64,000 nucleotides of DNA from assembly GCF_024223415.1 (NCBI RefSeq), contig NZ_CP100500.1; one strand, given 5' to 3'. Origin of the DNA: Escherichia coli (GTDB lineage Bacteria > Pseudomonadota > Gammaproteobacteria > Enterobacterales > Enterobacteriaceae). The position numbers and the translations under genes are program-made. Positions 1 through 12,400 of the stretch are shown piece after piece. How positions within the stretch are numbered: the first letter of the stretch is position 1; each line of letters starts with the position of its first letter. The notes beneath the pieces were generated by a model. The model saw nothing but the letters and a program-made list of their open reading frames with translations. It had not been told where the DNA came from and did no database searches.

Positions 1-27
1 AAGCCTGTAATTTTGGAATAGCCATCG
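1..27 (-). CDS. entB: isochorismatase EntB, first 9 codons only (gene continues beyond window start)
   Basis: Reverse complement of 1..27 reads ATG GCT ATT CCA AAA TTA CAG GCT = MAIPKLQA, the remembered EntB N-terminus; lies immediately downstream of entE as in the entCEBA operon. Confidence 0.6.
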
Positions 28-38
28 TGTTCTCTCCT

Positions 39-1649
39 TCAGGCTGACGCGCGTGACGCCAGCCACTGACGTAATTGTTTTTTATCGACTTTCCCGACCG
101 CCGTCAGCGGAAGTGAATCCACACACTCCACGCGATCCGGTAATTTAAATTCGGCAATACCCTGTTCACGCAGGAAACGACGCACCTGCACCGCGCGCAG
201 CGGCTCTTTTACCACCAGATAAGCACAGCTTTTTTCGCCCATCAGCTCATCTTCCATACTGACCAGTGCGGCGTAGATCACCGCCGGATGGCGCAGCAAC
301 AGGTTTTCGATCTCTTCGGCAGCGATCTTCTCGCCGCCACGGTTGATCTGATCTTTCTCGCGCCCCTGCACGGTGATGTAACCCTCTGGATCAATAGAGA
401 TCAGATCGCCGGAACAGTAAAAACCGTTGGCATCAAAGGCGCTGGCATTGTGCTGCGGGCTTTTGTAATAGCCACGGAAGGTGTACGGCCCGCGCGTCAT
501 CAGGCGTCCGACTTCCCCTTGCGGCAGTGGATTTCCTTCGGCATCGGCAACCCATACTTCATCGTCCGGACACATTGGGTAACCCTGGGTATGGATAATT
601 TTCTCCGCGCTATCATCAAGACGGGTATAGTTCACCAGCCCTTCCGCCATGCCAAACACCTGCTGCAACTGGCAGCCAATCTCAGAGGGAATACGCGCCG
701 CAAGCGTGGCAGAAAGACGTGCGCCACCGACCTGTAACAGTTTCAGCGAGGCAAGCTGCGCCCGGCTTTCGCCTTCGGTCAGCGCCTGCAACCACAGGCT
801 GACTGCCGGCGGCACCAGCGCGGTAACGTTAATCTGATCTTTTTCAATCAATGGGAAGCAAAGCGTGGCGCTGGGATCGGCCGCCAGAACAACCGTTCCT
901 CCGGCAAGAAAGACGCCCAGCGATCCTGGCGAACTCATGGCGTAGTTATGAGCCGCCGGGATCGCGCACAGGTAGCGCGTCTGTTGTGTGAACTGACAAA
1001 TCTCGACGCTACGACGCACGCTGTAGTAGTAGTCGTTATGAGTGCGCGGGATCAGTTTCGGTGTGCCGGTGGTGCCGCCGGAAAGCTGGAAATAGGCCAC
1101 TTCATCAGCAGGTGATGGCGTGGCAGTAAAACCGTCTGCCGGATGGTTAATCGCATCCTGCAAGTTATGCTCACCGCTGTCGTTGTGCAGTTGCACCACG
1201 CGAATGGAAGAATGCTCTGCAACAAATGTGTTGAGAAAATCATCCCCGCTAAATAGTCCATGTTGGCGATCGGCAATCAGTAACGCCGGTTCAATCTGGC
1301 TGGCGTATGCGTTCAGTTCACTACGCTGATGGCTGAACAGCGCCAGCACCGGCGCAACGCCCAGTTTCAGCAGCGCGAAAAAGGTAATGTAAAGTTCAGC
1401 GACGTTACCCAGTTGTACCAGCGCGGTTTCACCAGGTTTAATGCCCTGACGGCGCAAACTACACGCGAGGTTATCCGCCGCCTGATTCAGCTCCCGATAA
1501 CTCAACTGCCGCTCGCCGTCGATAACCGCGATGCTATCGCTCGCGGCGTGGCGGGTCAGAATGTCAGTCAGTGGCAAATCCTGCCAGTAGCCTTTTTCCC
1601 GATAGCGACGGGCAAACTCTTCCGGCCAGCGGGTAAATGGAATGCTCAT
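39..1649 (-). CDS. entE: 2,3-dihydroxybenzoate-AMP ligase (enterobactin synthase component E)
   Basis: 536-aa ORF; adenylation-domain motifs ([15 protein letters not shown]) visible in the translation; order entC-entE-entB. Confidence 0.95.
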   Translation of the reverse strand: MSIPFTRWPEEFARRYREKGYWQDLPLTDILTRHAASDSIAVIDGERQLSYRELNQAADNLACSLRRQGIKPGETALVQLGNVAELYITFFALLKLGVAPVLALFSHQRSELNAYASQIEPALLIADRQHGLFSGDDFLNTFVAEHSSIRVVQLHNDSGEHNLQDAINHPADGFTATPSPADEVAYFQLSGGTTGTPKLIPRTHNDYYYSVRRSVEICQFTQQTRYLCAIPAAHNYAMSSPGSLGVFLAGGTVVLAADPSATLCFPLIEKDQINVTALVPPAVSLWLQALTEGESRAQLASLKLLQVGGARLSATLAARIPSEIGCQLQQVFGMAEGLVNYTRLDDSAEKIIHTQGYPMCPDDEVWVADAEGNPLPQGEVGRLMTRGPYTFRGYYKSPQHNASAFDANGFYCSGDLISIDPEGYITVQGREKDQINRGGEKIAAEEIENLLLRHPAVIYAALVSMEDELMGEKSCAYLVVKEPLRAVQVRRFLREQGIAEFKLPDRVECVDSLPLTAVGKVDKKQLRQWLASRASA

Positions 1650-1658
1650 CCTCGCTCC

Positions 1659-2834
1659 TTAATGCAATCCAAAAACGTTCAACATGGTAGAAAGTTTGAC
1701 GCCTGTTTCGCGCCACTCACCCAACGGTGACGACGCAGGCACAATCCCCGCTCCGGCAAACAGACGCACCTGATTTTCCCGCAGCTTCGCGCAGCGGATG
1801 GTCACCACCCATTCGCCGTTACCTTCGCTGTCACACCAACCCACAATGCCGCCAAACAGTTCGCGGTCGAACGGCTCCAGTTCAGCAATAACCTGGGTCG
1901 CGGCCTGATGCGGGAAACCGCTCAGCGCGGGGGTCGGATGCAGCAGACAGGCCAGAGTCAGTGCGTTTTCTTGCGAATTCGCTTTACCTTCAAAGGGAGT
2001 TGCGAGATGCCACAGCGTCGGCGTGGTAATCAATTGTGGAGAGGAAGGAACGTGTAACTCACTACTGCGTTCGCGCAGTACCTCTTTCATCGCCTGAGTC
2101 ACCAGTTCATGTTCATGGCGATCTTTTTCTGACGCCAGCAGACGATTACCCGCTTCGCGATCGAGCACTTCATCCGGCTGACGACGCGCGGAACCGGCTA
2201 ACGGAATGGAGCTAAAACGCTCGCCGTCTTTACGTAGCAGCAGTTCCGGGCTGGCCCCCAGCAGAACGCCACCATCTGCCAACGGCACATGGAAGTTGTA
2301 ACTAACCGGGTTTTGCGCAATCAACCGTTCCAGCAATACGCCACTATCAATGGCGGCGTCAGTGGTGATATCAATCAACCGTGACAACACCACTTTGTCG
2401 ACCTGCGGCGTGGCGGTAAGTGCGGCGGCGCGGGCAACCATCTGTTCAAACGTGGTTTGTTCCGGAATTGCCTGGCGTTCCACCACATTCAGCAACTGGC
2501 TGCGGGTGAAACGGCGTGCGGAAGTTTGTTTTTCCTGACGGGAGAACGACTGCCAGCATTCGGGAATATACAGCGACGAAGGCTGACGTGGATCGAAGGG
2601 AATCGCCCCGACCATCACCGGATTTTTGATGCCCTGCGCTTTGGCATCGGCAAACAGCGCGGCGAGTTTTTGCTGGAAGGGACTGTCGGGCGAATCCCCG
2701 TTCACAGCCGGTTCATCGAAGCGGGCGAAACATCCTGACGTCGTAAAACTGCGGTACGGCGACATAAAGAAAAAGCGATTGGGCGCAAGTGTTGCCATGG
2801 TCTGCTGTACTTCCTCAGCCAGTGACGTATCCAT
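1659..2834 (-). CDS. entC: isochorismate synthase EntC
   Basis: ORF 1659..2846; start moved to the conserved [12 protein letters not shown]-terminus (391 aa); chorismate-binding family; sits beside the Fur-regulated divergent promoter. Confidence 0.92.
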   Translation of the reverse strand: MDTSLAEEVQQTMATLAPNRFFFMSPYRSFTTSGCFARFDEPAVNGDSPDSPFQQKLAALFADAKAQGIKNPVMVGAIPFDPRQPSSLYIPECWQSFSRQEKQTSARRFTRSQLLNVVERQAIPEQTTFEQMVARAAALTATPQVDKVVLSRLIDITTDAAIDSGVLLERLIAQNPVSYNFHVPLADGGVLLGASPELLLRKDGERFSSIPLAGSARRQPDEVLDREAGNRLLASEKDRHEHELVTQAMKEVLRERSSELHVPSSPQLITTPTLWHLATPFEGKANSQENALTLACLLHPTPALSGFPHQAATQVIAELEPFDRELFGGIVGWCDSEGNGEWVVTIRCAKLRENQVRLFAGAGIVPASSPLGEWRETGVKLSTMLNVFGLH

Positions 2835-2863
2835 ATCATCCTCCACAAAATGATAAAGGCTTT

Positions 2864-2880
2864 AATAATGATTATCATTT
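2864..2880. promoter_or_regulatory. Fur box in the entC / fepB divergent promoter
   Basis: taATAATGATTATCATTt closely matches the Fur consensus GATAATGATAATCATTATC. Confidence 0.6.
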
Positions 2881-3022
2881 ATATTTTCGGTCGCTAACCT
2901 AAAAGCAAACGCGCACTATGTCAACTCTTGAGGTAACGCAATCTGCAACTCGGGGTTGCATCTGGTTGTGGTTACAATGAAAATGAGAAGCATTAACTTC
3001 ATTAATAACAGGAAGCTGATTT

Positions 3023-3979
3023 GTGAGACTCGCCCCGCTCTACCGCAACGCCCTTCTATTAACAGGACTTTTGCTTTCAGGAATAGCCGCAGTTCAGGCT
3101 GCCGACTGGCCGCGTCAGATTACTGACAGCCGTGGCACTCATACCCTGGAAAGCCAGCCGCAGCGTATTGTTTCCACCAGCGTCACCCTGACCGGCTCAC
3201 TGCTGGCGATTGATGCTCCGGTGATCGCCAGCGGCGCGACCACGCCAAATAACCGCGTCGCGGATGACCAGGGCTTTTTACGCCAGTGGAGCAAGGTGGC
3301 GAAAGAACGCAAACTGCAACGGCTCTATATCGGCGAACCGAGCGCCGAAGCCGTTGCCGCGCAAATGCCGGATCTGATTTTAATTAGCGCAACCGGCGGT
3401 GATTCGGCGCTGGCGCTGTATGATCAGCTTTCCACCATCGCTCCGACATTAATCATCAATTACGACGACAAAAGCTGGCAGTCGCTGCTAACGCAACTTG
3501 GCGAAATTACCGGGCATGAGAAACAAGCGGCAGAGCGGATTGCACAGTTTGATAAGCAACTGGCGGCGGCGAAAGAGCAAATCAAATTACCGCCGCAGCC
3601 GGTCACTGCCATTGTCTATACCGCCGCTGCACACAGTGCCAATCTCTGGACGCCGGAATCAGCACAAGGGCAGATGCTGGAACAACTCGGCTTTACGCTG
3701 GCGAAGTTGCCCGCAGGCTTAAACGCCAGCCAAAGCCAGGGCAAACGCCATGACATCATTCAGCTTGGTGGGGAAAATCTGGCTGCAGGGTTAAATGGCG
3801 AGTCACTATTCCTGTTCGCTGGTGATCAGAAAGATGCCGATGCGATTTATGCCAATCCACTGCTCGCGCACCTGCCCGCAGTACAAAACAAGCAGGTTTA
3901 TGCGCTGGGAACCGAGACGTTCCGTCTGGATTACTACAGCGCCATGCAAGTGCTGGAACGACTTAAGGCGCTGTTTTAA
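3023..3979 (+). CDS. fepB: ferric enterobactin periplasmic binding protein FepB
   Basis: 318-aa ORF with GTG start and signal peptide ([16 protein letters not shown]); class III periplasmic binding protein in expected synteny. Confidence 0.92.
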   Translation: MRLAPLYRNALLLTGLLLSGIAAVQAADWPRQITDSRGTHTLESQPQRIVSTSVTLTGSLLAIDAPVIASGATTPNNRVADDQGFLRQWSKVAKERKLQRLYIGEPSAEAVAAQMPDLILISATGGDSALALYDQLSTIAPTLIINYDDKSWQSLLTQLGEITGHEKQAAERIAQFDKQLAAAKEQIKLPPQPVTAIVYTAAAHSANLWTPESAQGQMLEQLGFTLAKLPAGLNASQSQGKRHDIIQLGGENLAAGLNGESLFLFAGDQKDADAIYANPLLAHLPAVQNKQVYALGTETFRLDYYSAMQVLERLKALF

Positions 3980-3982
3980 GCA

Positions 3983-5233
3983 TTAACCGTCAGACGCTGT
4001 CACCTGCGGCGGCGTCTGGCGAAAACGTCGCAACTCCACCAGCACCAGCAATAACAACACGCCGATAATCAACAAACCAAAACCGCTCGCGCTTGCGGAA
4101 GCAACCGGTGTCATCATCGCTCCCAAACCGCCCAGCAGCGCCGCGCCTATGGCATCGCCCGTCACGTTTTGTGCCGTCCACAAACCGTTAATCCGCCCTA
4201 ACATCGCTTCCGGGGTTTGCGTTTGCAGCATTGTGTATTGCAGCAACGAGCTGACCGCACTCAACCAGCCGAACAGCGTCAGACAAACCACGCCTAAAAT
4301 CCACATCGGCATCAGGCCAAACAGACCAATGGCGAGGAACGATCCCAGCGTGGAGAGCAGCATCAATAACCCTGGTCGCGCGCTATGCGCCAGCTTCCCG
4401 CTGGTTAACGCGCCAATAGCCGCGCCGAGCGGGATCGCCGCATAGAGAAAACCAATCTGTGCCGCCGACATCTGCCAGTTGTCAGCCAGCGCCGGATACA
4501 GTACCCGCACCGCACTCGCCATCGTCAATAAACCACCCAGCAGCGCAATCCCTCCCACCAGCGGGCTGGCGAGCAGAAAACGAAATCCTGCCAGTAATGA
4601 TTTCAACGGATGCTCACGCGGCTGCGGTGGCGGTGGCAGTGCCGGAAGGCTTAACAACGGCAGCAAGGTAATAAACGTGCCCGCCGCCGCCAGCCCGTAG
4701 TTCCAGGCTACGCCACCGGTCGCCAGCAATAAACCGCCAATCATGGGCGAAATCACCGACCCCAGACGCACGGTCAACATGGTGATCGCCCCGGCCTGCA
4801 TTAAGTTTTCACGCCCTACCAGTGCAGGTGTCGCCGCCAGTAGCGCCGTAACGCCAAGTGATGCGAAAAAACCATCCCATAAACCAAGTAAATAGATTGC
4901 CAGCAATGACGGTTCAGGCAGCAGTGCATTAAGGCACAGTCCAATGAAGCCAATGCCACAGGTGCCGCGCGCCAGCAAAATCACTTTTTTGCGTTCATAG
5001 CGATCCGCCAGCACACCGCCGACCATCAGGCCAACAAACATCGCGCCGCCGGTCAGCGTCACCGAAAGCCCCACCTGCCAGGTAGAATGTGTCATCATCT
5101 GGATCTGCACCGGCACCGCGACGCCGAGCAAACCCAGAGAAACAATAGAGATGAAACGAGCGAGGAATACTGCGCGAAACGCCGGGTGCGTTTTCAACAG
5201 GCTGAGGTTAAGCAGCCAGGATTGTTTATTCAT
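3983..5233 (-). CDS. entS: enterobactin exporter EntS (MFS transporter)
   Basis: 416-aa polytopic membrane ORF, divergent from fepD with a Fur box between them. Confidence 0.9.
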   Translation of the reverse strand: MNKQSWLLNLSLLKTHPAFRAVFLARFISIVSLGLLGVAVPVQIQMMTHSTWQVGLSVTLTGGAMFVGLMVGGVLADRYERKKVILLARGTCGIGFIGLCLNALLPEPSLLAIYLLGLWDGFFASLGVTALLAATPALVGRENLMQAGAITMLTVRLGSVISPMIGGLLLATGGVAWNYGLAAAGTFITLLPLLSLPALPPPPQPREHPLKSLLAGFRFLLASPLVGGIALLGGLLTMASAVRVLYPALADNWQMSAAQIGFLYAAIPLGAAIGALTSGKLAHSARPGLLMLLSTLGSFLAIGLFGLMPMWILGVVCLTLFGWLSAVSSLLQYTMLQTQTPEAMLGRINGLWTAQNVTGDAIGAALLGGLGAMMTPVASASASGFGLLIIGVLLLLVLVELRRFRQTPPQVTASDG

Positions 5234-5306
5234 TACAATGCCTTGCCATCAAATATTTTAAATACCTATTCTTAGGCTGCACATGCTAACATATCCAAAT
5301 AAGATC

Positions 5307-5331
5307 GATAACGATAATTAATTTCATTATC
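5307..5331. promoter_or_regulatory. Fur box in the entS / fepD divergent promoter
   Basis: GATAACGATAATTAATTTCATTATC resembles the Fur consensus. Confidence 0.5.
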
Positions 5332-5343
5332 ATGGAAGTTCGT

Positions 5344-6348
5344 ATGTCTGGTTCTGTTGCCGTGACACGCGCCATTGCCGTGCCCGGATTGCTGTTATTA
5401 CTGATTATCGCGACGGCATTAAGTCTGCTCATTGGGGCAAAATCACTCCCCGCTTCCGTAGTGCTGGAGGCCTTCTCCGGCACCTGCCAGAGCGCCGACT
5501 GCACCATCGTGCTCGACGCGCGGCTGCCGCGTACCCTTGCCGGTTTACTGGCAGGCGGCGCGCTTGGCCTTGCCGGGGCGTTAATGCAAACCCTCACCCG
5601 AAACCCACTTGCCGACCCCGGCTTGCTTGGCGTGAACGCCGGAGCCAGCTTTGCCATTGTGCTGGGTGCGGCGCTGTTTGGTTACTCTTCCGCACAGGAA
5701 CAACTGGCGATGGCCTTCGCCGGGGCGCTGGTGGCCTCGTTGATTGTTGCCTTTACCGGCAGCCAGGGCGGCGGGCAGTTAAGTCCGGTGCGTTTAACCC
5801 TGGCGGGCGTAGCGCTGGCGGCGGTGCTGGAAGGGCTGACCAGCGGCATAGCCCTGCTTAATCCTGACGTCTACGATCAACTGCGTTTCTGGCAAGCCGG
5901 TTCGCTGGATATTCGCAATCTACATACCTTAAAGGTGGTGCTGATCCCGGTGCTGATCGCCGGAGCAACTGCGCTATTACTGAGTCGCGCGCTGAACAGT
6001 TTGAGCCTCGGCAGTGACACCGCGACGGCGCTGGGCAGTCGCGTGGCGCGCACACAGTTGATTGGTCTGCTGGCGATTACCGTGCTTTGTGGTAGTGCGA
6101 CGGCAGTAGTTGGCCCGATTGCCTTTATTGGCCTGATGATGCCGCATATGGCGCGTTGGCTGGTGGGTGCCGATCATCGCTGGTCGCTGCCCGTCACGCT
6201 ACTTGCTACCCCTGCCCTGCTGCTGTTTGCCGATATCATCGGGCGGGTGATTGTGCCCGGTGAACTGCGCGTTTCTGTGGTCAGTGCATTTATTGGTGCA
6301 CCGGTGCTGATCTTCCTCGTGCGACGTAAAACGCGAGGTGGTGCATGA
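5344..6348 (+). CDS. fepD: ferric enterobactin ABC transporter permease FepD
   Basis: ORF 5332..6348; start chosen at MSGSVAV (334 aa) preceded by GGAAG; alternative ATG at 5332. FecCD-family permease. Confidence 0.9.
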   Translation: MSGSVAVTRAIAVPGLLLLLIIATALSLLIGAKSLPASVVLEAFSGTCQSADCTIVLDARLPRTLAGLLAGGALGLAGALMQTLTRNPLADPGLLGVNAGASFAIVLGAALFGYSSAQEQLAMAFAGALVASLIVAFTGSQGGGQLSPVRLTLAGVALAAVLEGLTSGIALLNPDVYDQLRFWQAGSLDIRNLHTLKVVLIPVLIAGATALLLSRALNSLSLGSDTATALGSRVARTQLIGLLAITVLCGSATAVVGPIAFIGLMMPHMARWLVGADHRWSLPVTLLATPALLLFADIIGRVIVPGELRVSVVSAFIGAPVLIFLVRRKTRGGA

Positions 6349-7337
6349 TTTACGTCTCTCGCCGATTACTCATCACCTGTTTGCTGCTGGTTTCCGCCTG
6401 TGTGGTTGCAGGTATCTGGGGATTACGCAGCGGTGCCGTCACGCTGGAAATCTCGCAGGTATTCGCCGCGCTGATGGGCGATGCGCCGCGCAGTATGACG
6501 ATGGTGGTCACCGAATGGCGTTTACCACGCGTGCTGATGGCGCTGTTGATTGGCGCAGCACTGGGCGTCAGTGGCGCGATTTTTCAGTCGCTGATGCGTA
6601 ACCCGCTCGGCAGCCCTGACGTAATGGGTTTTAACACCGGGGCGTGGAGCGGCGTGCTGGTGGCGATGGTGCTGTTTGGTCAGGACCTGACGGCTATCGC
6701 GCTGGCAGCAATGGCGGGCGGCATTGTCACCTCGCTGCTGGTCTGGCTGCTTGCCTGGCGTAACGGTATCGACACCTTTCGGTTGATTATTATCGGTATC
6801 GGTGTTCGCGCCATGCTAGTGGCCTTTAATACCTGGCTGTTGCTGAAAGCGTCTTTAGAAACGGCGCTAACAGCGGGTTTGTGGAATGCCGGATCGCTCA
6901 ATGGCCTGACGTGGGCAAAAACTTCGCCTTCCGCACCCATCATTATATTGATGCTCATTGCCGCCGCCTTGCTGGTGCGGCGAATGCGCTTGCTGGAAAT
7001 GGGCGATGATACCGCGTGTGCGCTGGGCGTCAGCGTCGAACGTTCGCGTCTGTTAATGATGCTGGTTGCAGTGGTGCTTACCGCTGCGGCAACAGCGCTT
7101 GCCGGGCCGATTTCCTTTATTGCTTTAGTCGCGCCGCACATTGCCCGACGCATTAGCGGCACCGCTCGCTGGGGGCTAACCCAGGCGGCGCTATGCGGGG
7201 CGCTGTTACTGCTGGCGGCCGATCTCTGCGCCCAACAACTGTTTATGCCGTATCAACTTCCGGTTGGCGTCGTTACCGTCAGCCTCGGCGGTATTTACCT
7301 TATCGTTTTGTTAATTCAGGAGTCTCGCAAAAAATGA
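6345..7337 (+). CDS. fepG: ferric enterobactin ABC transporter permease FepG
   Basis: 330-aa membrane ORF; ATGA overlap with the fepD stop; FecCD family. Confidence 0.92.
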   Translation: MIYVSRRLLITCLLLVSACVVAGIWGLRSGAVTLEISQVFAALMGDAPRSMTMVVTEWRLPRVLMALLIGAALGVSGAIFQSLMRNPLGSPDVMGFNTGAWSGVLVAMVLFGQDLTAIALAAMAGGIVTSLLVWLLAWRNGIDTFRLIIIGIGVRAMLVAFNTWLLLKASLETALTAGLWNAGSLNGLTWAKTSPSAPIIILMLIAAALLVRRMRLLEMGDDTACALGVSVERSRLLMMLVAVVLTAAATALAGPISFIALVAPHIARRISGTARWGLTQAALCGALLLLAADLCAQQLFMPYQLPVGVVTVSLGGIYLIVLLIQESRKK

Positions 7338-8149
7338 CCGAATCAGTAGCCCGTTTGCGCGGCGAACAGTTAACCCTGGGATATGGCAAATATACCGTTG
7401 CGGAAAATCTGACTGTAGAAATACCTGATGGTCACTTCACGGCAATTATCGGGCCAAATGGCTGCGGTAAATCCACGTTGCTGCGTACCTTAAGCCGCCT
7501 GATGACGCCTGCTCATGGGCATGTCTGGCTGGATGGCGAGCACATTCAACATTACGCCAGTAAAGAGGTTGCCCGGCGGATTGGTCTGTTGGCGCAGAAT
7601 GCTACCACGCCGGGCGATATCACCGTGCAGGAGCTGGTGGCGCGTGGGCGTTATCCGCATCAACCGCTGTTTACCCGCTGGCGCAAAGAGGATGAAGAAG
7701 CGGTAACGAAAGCGATGCAGGCCACGGGAATAACTCATCTGGCAGATCAAAGCGTGGATACCCTTTCTGGCGGACAACGCCAGCGAGCGTGGATCGCGAT
7801 GGTGCTGGCCCAGGAAACGGCGATTATGCTGCTCGACGAACCCACGACCTGGCTGGATATCAGTCATCAGATTGATCTACTGGAACTGTTAAGCGAACTG
7901 AACCGCGAGAAAGGCTATACCCTGGCGGCGGTGCTGCACGATCTTAATCAGGCCTGTCGTTACGCCAGCCATTTGATTGCATTGCGGGAAGGGAAAATTG
8001 TTGCTCAGGGAGCGCCGAAGGAGATTGTCACTGCTGAACTGATTGAGCGCATTTATGGTCTGCGTTGCATGATCATTGACGATCCAGTTGCCGGAACGCC
8101 ACTCGTGGTGCCGCTCGGAAGAACGGCACCTTCAACCGCAAATAGTTAA
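7334..8149 (+). CDS. fepC: ferric enterobactin ABC transporter ATPase FepC
   Basis: Start at MTESVARLRGEQ (271 aa) overlapping the fepG stop (ATGA); Walker A GPNGCGKST and ABC signature LSGGQRQR present. The longer ORF from 7193 is rejected. Confidence 0.93.
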   Translation: MTESVARLRGEQLTLGYGKYTVAENLTVEIPDGHFTAIIGPNGCGKSTLLRTLSRLMTPAHGHVWLDGEHIQHYASKEVARRIGLLAQNATTPGDITVQELVARGRYPHQPLFTRWRKEDEEAVTKAMQATGITHLADQSVDTLSGGQRQRAWIAMVLAQETAIMLLDEPTTWLDISHQIDLLELLSELNREKGYTLAAVLHDLNQACRYASHLIALREGKIVAQGAPKEIVTAELIERIYGLRCMIIDDPVAGTPLVVPLGRTAPSTANS

Positions 8150-9279
8150 ACTAAGTGGTCTGCCATCATGGCATCCTGTTTTCTGGATGCCATCGCATAG
8201 CGCAATAACACGCTACCACAAGCCACCATCCCGCCGATCAGCGCGGAAAGGATCACAATAATCGCCTTACCCGGACCGTCTTTTTTCACTGGCAATGACG
8301 GGCTTAACTGATATTTAAACGGCGTAAAATTCACATCGTTGATATTTGCTTTTGTTAACTGCTCAACAAGATACTGACGATTACGTAATTCACCGTTCAG
8401 TTCCGCAACGTCAGTGACCGCTTTTTCAATTTCCAGTTTGCGTTCAATACCGTCTGCGCCGAGAGAGATAGAGAAATCGGGGTCATCTTTAACGGCCTGA
8501 CCATTACTGTAAACGGGCTTTTTAATTCCTGCCGCGTTGGCAATGTCGAGTGAATAATTGAGGCGCTGAATGTTTGCATCAAGTTGATTTTTCATTTTAA
8601 TGCGGTCCTGAGCCAGTTTTTCTTTTTCAAACTGGGTTTTGATCTCCAGTTTATTACGGACGTTTTCTATCGACTCTTTCACCACCAACGCAGAGATATA
8701 ATCGATATACCCGCTCAAAACGGTCTGCGCCTCTTCACTGGTTGGCGCGGTAAAACTTAGCGTCCAGGAGGTATACAGTGACGGTTCATCTTTTTTCTTA
8801 CTAGCATTGTCATCAACCGCTTTCATTTTTTCGCTCAATGCGACAATTGCGCGATGCAAATCCAGTTCGTCGATTTTCGCCTCTTTTAATTGGTCCATCA
8901 CATAAGGTGATGAACGCAGGTACTCTTCCAGCAAGCTAACCGACTGAAACTTCTTGATAAACAGGTTAAATGCTTCTGTACGATCAATTTTGATATCCAG
9001 ATCCAGCACACGAAGCTTAGTGAATGTTTTCTCCAACTCTTGCCACTGAACAGGTTCTGGAGGCGTGACAACCGCCGCGCTGGTCCATTTTTGCGGCAGG
9101 ATGAAAGAGATCAGCAAGCCTGCACAGGCAAACGCAAAAACGACCGCCATGACCGTTTTTTTGGCCCGCCATAAAACTGAGATTAGATTAAGTAAATCAA
9201 TTTCATTATTACTGGGCGACGCCAGAGGATAATCGGGAAAATGAGCGTCACTTCCCTGTTTAATATTCAGTGATGACAT
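8146..9279 (-). CDS. fepE: polysaccharide co-polymerase (Wzz-like) FepE
   Basis: 377-aa ORF with N- and C-terminal TM segments flanking a coiled-coil periplasmic region; expected position between fepC and entF. Confidence 0.9.
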   Translation of the reverse strand: MSSLNIKQGSDAHFPDYPLASPSNNEIDLLNLISVLWRAKKTVMAVVFAFACAGLLISFILPQKWTSAAVVTPPEPVQWQELEKTFTKLRVLDLDIKIDRTEAFNLFIKKFQSVSLLEEYLRSSPYVMDQLKEAKIDELDLHRAIVALSEKMKAVDDNASKKKDEPSLYTSWTLSFTAPTSEEAQTVLSGYIDYISALVVKESIENVRNKLEIKTQFEKEKLAQDRIKMKNQLDANIQRLNYSLDIANAAGIKKPVYSNGQAVKDDPDFSISLGADGIERKLEIEKAVTDVAELNGELRNRQYLVEQLTKANINDVNFTPFKYQLSPSLPVKKDGPGKAIIVILSALIGGMVACGSVLLRYAMASRKQDAMMADHLV

Positions 9280-9446
9280 GGGGTATAACCTGAAAATGAG
9301 TCCAATAGGGGGAAATCTCCACGGCGCTCACTTTACCAGTTGGTGAGAATTATCCGAAGCTGAAGTTTGTAAATTCATTCCACTGAATGCAACATTCACT
9401 CTATTTAAGAAAAATAACCAGCAAACTTATAAATTAAATAAATGAT

Positions 9447-9479
9447 AAACCCATAATTATTTCCTGCAATTATGGGTTT
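9447..9479 (-). terminator. putative rho-independent terminator downstream of entF
   Basis: Inverted repeat AAACCCATAATT / AATTATGGGTTT with about a 9-nt loop, followed on the minus strand by a T-rich tract. Confidence 0.4.
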
Positions 9480-9494
9480 ATAGATAATGTTAAT

Positions 9495-12400
9495 TTATCT
9501 GTTTAGCGTTGCGCGAATAATCGGCCCAATTTTTTCAAATGCCCCTGGAGAGATAATATCCACATGCGCACAATCCTGACGATAGATATCCAGCTCCGCA
9601 ATCCACGGCGACCAGGCGCGTTCAGGACTCATACCTTCCTGAAGCGTGCGTTCAGCAACAAACAACGTCGCTTTACCGTCAAACGGTATGCTATGAGCAG
9701 TCGTCAGCAGGCGCACAGCATCAGCGTAGTTGCCTTCAATGGTGGTAAACAACTCCGTTGAAGTACTTCCCTGCTGTGCCGCCAGGAAGGCCTCGCGCTC
9801 GCGGTTAATCTCCGCCAGCACTTCCGGGTCCAGACCATTAGCTTCTTTTTCCTGCCAGTTTTGCGTTTCTGGCGGCCAGGTATCCAGCAAGCCAAGAAAT
9901 GCCACCTGTTCGCCACGGGCACGCAGCCGCGCCGCAATACCCTGCACCAGCGTACCGCCCAGCGAATACCCCAGCAGGTAATAAGGGCCGCGTGGTTGTT
10001 GTTCAAGTAACGTAGCCAGATGCGCTTCGCAGACTTCATCCAGGTTCGTCGCCGTCTGCATGGGGCCATGAGGGCGCGGCGACTGAATGCCGATAATCGA
10101 CCATAGTGGATCGAGATAACGCGAGAGCACGCTGAACTGCCAGGCAAAACCGGATGCCGGGTGGAAACAAAACAGCGTCGGGCCATTACCTTCACGCAAC
10201 GGCAGAATGGTTTCGAATCCCATGCGCCGGGAGCTGTCCTCTTCACCATCAATAATCGTTGCCAGTTTGGCGACGGTTGACGCGACCATCACCTGCCCCG
10301 GCGTCACCTGACGGGCAAACTGCCGACTTAACTGCGCTGCCAGTTTCATTGCCAGTAGCGAATGACCGCCAAGCGCGAAGAAATCAGCATCGGCATCCTG
10401 CACGTCACAACCCAGCAACGACGCGAATGCCGCAGCGATAATCGTTTCACTGCCCGCTTTCGGCGCACGCCCCGGCGTTTGTGCCTTAAGTTCAGGCAAC
10501 GGTAAGGCTTTGCGATCCAGCTTGCCGTTGGCGCTAAGAGGTAACTGTGGAAGTTGCAGCAGAACGACCGGCACCATATGCGGCGGCAATGTTTCGCGAA
10601 GCTGTGCCTGTAATGCGCTGGTATCCAACGGCAGACCTGATTGCGACACCAGATAGCCCACCAACTGACGCGCATCACCACCGGTGGCTGCCGCCTGGTT
10701 AATCACACAGGCGTGGGTAACGGCTTGTTCGACATCCGGCAGCGCCTGCATCACGCGATCGATTTCGCCCAGTTCGATACGCTGCCCGCGAATTTTTAGC
10801 TGATCGTCACTGCGCCCGAGGTACTCCACCGCGCCGTTATCCAGCCAGCGGGCAACGTCTCCGGTACGATACATCCGTTCACCTGGGGCAAAAGGATCGG
10901 CAATAAAACGGCTGGCGGTCAGATCGGGTCGTCCAAGATACCCCTGCGCCAGTTGAATACCGGTGAGATAGAGATCTCCCGCCACACCCGGCGGCACCGG
11001 ATGCATCATCGCATCGAGAATGCGCAGGCCCGTATTCCACACCGGATAACCAATCGGCACACTACTGCCGCGCACCTGTGCCAGTTCCTCGCCAAAAGCC
11101 GGATACCAGCTGACATCTACCGCCGCTTCCGTCGGGCCATATAGATTATGCAACGGCGCGCCCGTTAACTGTTGCCATTCGCGGCATAAATCAGCCGGTA
11201 AAGCCTCACCACTACAGAAAACCTGTTTCAACGTCGCGCAACTCTGGCGAGCGGTTTGCGGCGTCAGCGAGGCAACAAATGCCGCCAGCATCGACGGCAC
11301 AAAGTGCGTGGTCGTTACGCCATATTCGGCAAAGAATTGCTGCATAGCGAGCGGGTCGCGGTGCGCTTCCGGTTCAGCCATCACTAGTTTAGCCCCGGCA
11401 ATAAACGGCCAGAAAAACTCCCACACCGAGACATCAAAACTGCACGGCGTTTTTTGGGCAACGACATCTTCACCTGTAAGTGGATAATGATTTTGCATCC
11501 ACAACAGGCGGTTAACGATAGCCGTCTGCCCGACCATTACCCCTTTCGGCCTGCCGGTGGAGCCAGAGGTAAAGATGATATAAGCCGTGTGATGCGGTTG
11601 TGAAAGTTGCAGCGGCGCACTGCCCTGCGGTGTAAGCGGGGCGTTATAGCAAAGGTTGGTTAAATCTGGAACATCGGCAAAGCGCGGCAGTTGATCGTCG
11701 GTGGTGATTAACAGCGACGGACGCGCATCTTCCAGCATCATTTTCAGGCGATCGTCCGGATAACCGGTATCCAGCGGTAGCCAGGCCGCGCCAGCTTCAA
11801 CTATCGCATGTAGCGCCAGGGTCAAAAAGACCGAGCGCGGTAATGCCACCGCCACGCTGTCGCCAGGTTTAACGCCGCGCTCACGCAGCAGATTCGCCAG
11901 CGCCACCACCTGCTCGCGCATTTCCCGATAGCTGAACTGGTAACGCGCATCTGCCAGCGCCGGAGCATCCGGTGTTTTTGCCGCTTGTTCTGCCACCAGC
12001 GCGCTAAGCGTGGTTTCTGGAATCTCAACCTGAGTGGCATTGATCTGCGCCAGCTGCGCATACTCACCTGGCAGCATAATATCGACATCGCCGCACAACA
12101 GCGCCGGATCCGCGGCGAATTGGGCGATCAGCATTTTCAGGCGTTCAGCATGCTGGATTAACGTTGGCTCAGCGTAACGCTGTTTATTGGCGAGGATCTC
12201 AATACTCAAATCACCGTATTCATCCGGGAACAGGGCCAGCTCAAGGTCATTAACCGGACCGGTTGCCAGGGTATGGGTTTGCGCCTGAACATCAGGAATA
12301 TCCAGTTGGTAATCAAATACCTTGATATTGAGTACCGGACCAAACAGCGGTTCATCACCTGCCGCTCGCCCGCTGTCACGGACAATTTGTTCGGCATCGT

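Noticed and set aside
6680-7162. 160-aa minus-strand ORF inside fepG
   Set aside because: Antisense to a conserved permease gene; no supporting features.
7193-7333. N-terminal extension of fepC (ORF from 7193), and similar upstream extensions of entF (to 13514), entD (from 17304), nfsB, ybdG, ybdF and nfrA
   Set aside because: The extensions overlap upstream genes or lack an RBS; the conserved protein N-termini begin at the internal starts used in the feature table.
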